This document shows, in pieces, positions 42,006-43,181 of a stretch of 43,181 nucleotides of DNA (the stretch's first letter is position 1; the number at the start of each line of letters is the position of its first letter). The position numbers were made by a program, and so were the translations under genes. This stretch comes from Betaproteobacteria bacterium RIFCSPLOWO2_02_FULL_63_19. Lineage in GTDB: Bacteria; Pseudomonadota; Gammaproteobacteria; Burkholderiales; SG8-39. The stretch lies in the NCBI GenBank assembly GCA_001770415.1, contig MEQX01000015.1, forward strand, positions 31,453 to 74,633. Direction: 5' to 3'. The notes beneath the pieces are model-generated. The model searched no databases. It was not told the DNA's origin and saw only the letters and a program-made list of their open reading frames with translations.

Positions 42006-43181
42006 CTAATCACGCTTCGGAGGCGGAACATGGAATCTCACCTTGTGTTGGGGCGCTCCCGGCAGAAACGGGGCTGGTTCGCCGCGAACCCAGGCTTCGT
42101 GTCCGGCGCGATAGTAGGGAGAAAGCGGATGACCGCTTTGTCCGCCCGGCATGTGGAAATAGCCGTCTTGCTCTCGGCCCGGTGCTACCGCGAAGCGCTC
42201 CGACGCGCCTTTGCCGGGTGACTGAACCAGCGGCATGTGGCGGTCGCCGGGCAGGGGCACTCTTGGCATGTCGAGAAAGCGCCCCAGCCACGGAACCGCG
42301 CGCGAGAGTGGATGGCGCATCGAAAGCGTGTTGTGTTCCCCCCAGGTGCGCTGCACGTAGGGTCCCTCGAAGTTCCGGTCGAAGTAATCGATGGTTTCGA
42401 GTGCAATGGCTCGAAGCTGCGCCTCCCAGTCGGAATAGCGCGGATTGAGAAGGTGCGGTGGACGCTGTTCGATCAGTGTCCAAAGCGGCCCTTCGTATTG
42501 CTTGAAACCCTCGAACCGGTACTTCGGGTCGAGCCGCCGGCAGGGCGCGGTGATTGCCGCAAACAGCACATCGCGCACCCGCTCGCGAAACGCGCGCACC
42601 AGCCGGTACGGGGCCGAGTCGACGCTGGCGCGACCGTTCCACCTGGCCAATGCTTGCCTGAATTCCGCGGCCCGGGGATGTTTCGAGAGCGCATCGGGGG
42701 TGAGCAGGGAAACGAGGAGCCGGTGCCAGCGCGCGAGTAGCAGCGCCCTGTCGTCGCGCTGGATGGCGAGCATGTCTTTCTCGGTCGCATGTTCGAGGCC
42801 GCGCAAGCCGTCGCGGATCTGCCGCGCCCGCGCACCGAGCCAATAGCCACCGTCGCCGATCGTTGCAAGGGCTTTCCCCGTCACGACCTGGTGATTGGCC
42901 GTCCAGATCTGGCCTTCCGGCGGATCGACGATGCGAGGGTACTCGCCTGGGGCAATCCAGCCGTTCCAGCCGATGCCGCGGGTGGTCCATTTGGCCGGCA
43001 GGCTGGAATCGAACCCCTGTTTGCGAGGAATCCGCCCGGCGATCGTCCAGCCGATGTTCCCTCGCGCATCTGCGACGACGATGTTCTGCGGCGGCATGCC
43101 GCTTTTCGACGCGATCCGGAGTGCGTCATTGACATTCGCCGCCCGCTCGAGATCCAGGAGGCGAAGATTCGTCGCCTCGGC
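42006..43181 (-). CDS. Penicillin-amidase / acylase (Ntn-hydrolase S45) family protein, C-terminal part; gene continues past the window end
   Basis: The ORF track gives 42006..43097 from an internal Met. The reading frame probably stays open to the window edge and full-length members are about 800 aa. The sequence resembles the C-terminal (beta-subunit) region of acyl-homoserine-lactone / penicillin acylases. Confidence 0.7.
   Translation of the reverse strand, partial: AEATNLRLLDLERAANVNDALRIASKSGMPPQNIVVADARGNIGWTIAGRIPRKQGFDSSLPAKWTTRGIGWNGWIAPGEYPRIVDPPEGQIWTANHQVVTGKALATIGDGGYWLGARARQIRDGLRGLEHATEKDMLAIQRDDRALLLARWHRLLVSLLTPDALSKHPRAAEFRQALARWNGRASVDSAPYRLVRAFRERVRDVLFAAITAPCRRLDPKYRFEGFKQYEGPLWTLIEQRPPHLLNPRYSDWEAQLRAIALETIDYFDRNFEGPYVQRTWGEHNTLSMRHPLSRAVPWLGRFLDMPRVPLPGDRHMPLVQSPGKGASERFAVAPGREQDGYFHMPGGQSGHPLSPYYRAGHEAWVRGEPAPFLPGAPQHKVRFHVPPPKRD

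Noticed and set aside
1-43181. Integrase, transposase, IS or prophage signatures that would mark the tRNA array or the secreted-protein cluster as a mobile element.
   Set aside because: No integrase- or transposase-like ORF, inverted terminal repeats or att-like direct repeats were recognisable within the window, so any mobile-element call would be unsupported here.

Overview
This 43.2-kb window is GC-rich and gene-dense. Gene content (TAXI-TRAP transporters, a UbiD-family decarboxylase, a Zn-dependent alcohol dehydrogenase (ADH) paired with a crotonase) loosely suggests a Rhodocyclales-type betaproteobacterium; that is inference only. Most of it is ordinary metabolism and transport, read from 5' to 3'. 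A TAXI-TRAP binding protein and a CX5R phosphatase come first. Next is a Zn-ADH with a translationally coupled enoyl-CoA hydratase, a pair like had/dch of the anaerobic benzoyl-CoA pathway. A pseudouridine synthase coupled to a SAM methyltransferase follows, then an M24 peptidase. Then come three adjacent secreted proteins: a hypothetical protein, a Cys-rich protein built from 59-aa (177-bp) tandem repeats, and an 882-aa RCC1-repeat protein. After these are a tandem UspA, a truncated GlgC-like nucleotidyltransferase and a P-type cation ATPase. A UbiD-family decarboxylase sits next to a complete TAXI-TRAP transporter. A methyltransferase, a secreted HExxH protein, a cupin and a Crp/Fnr regulator lead into a Yej-like ABC importer (long binding protein, two permeases, fused double ATPase). 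The most unusual stretch is 34.5-37.2 kb. It holds two paralogous small-ORF-plus-terminator units followed by a same-strand array of about 15 tRNA-like genes at roughly 75-110 nt pitch. Several look canonical (Gly-GCC, Pro-CGG, Ala-TGC with G3:U70, Lys-CTT, Phe-GAA, Gln-CTG). Many others have mismatched acceptor ends, C33 or A33 anticodon loops, Leu anticodons on short-variable-arm bodies, an aberrant T-loop, or no encoded CCA. Downstream are a LuxR-type regulator, an SPFH/band-7 protein, an alpha/beta hydrolase with a LysR regulator, an RtcB RNA ligase and a partial penicillin-acylase-family gene. My leading hypothesis for an undescribed system is a tRNA-supply or tRNA-repair island: the tRNA array with RtcB, plus the LuxR and SPFH genes. 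A second candidate is the three secreted proteins, which share a terminal domain. Manually derived coordinates, including tRNA boundaries, may be off by 1-2 nt. Long Arg-rich ORFs antisense to real genes are treated as GC artefacts.
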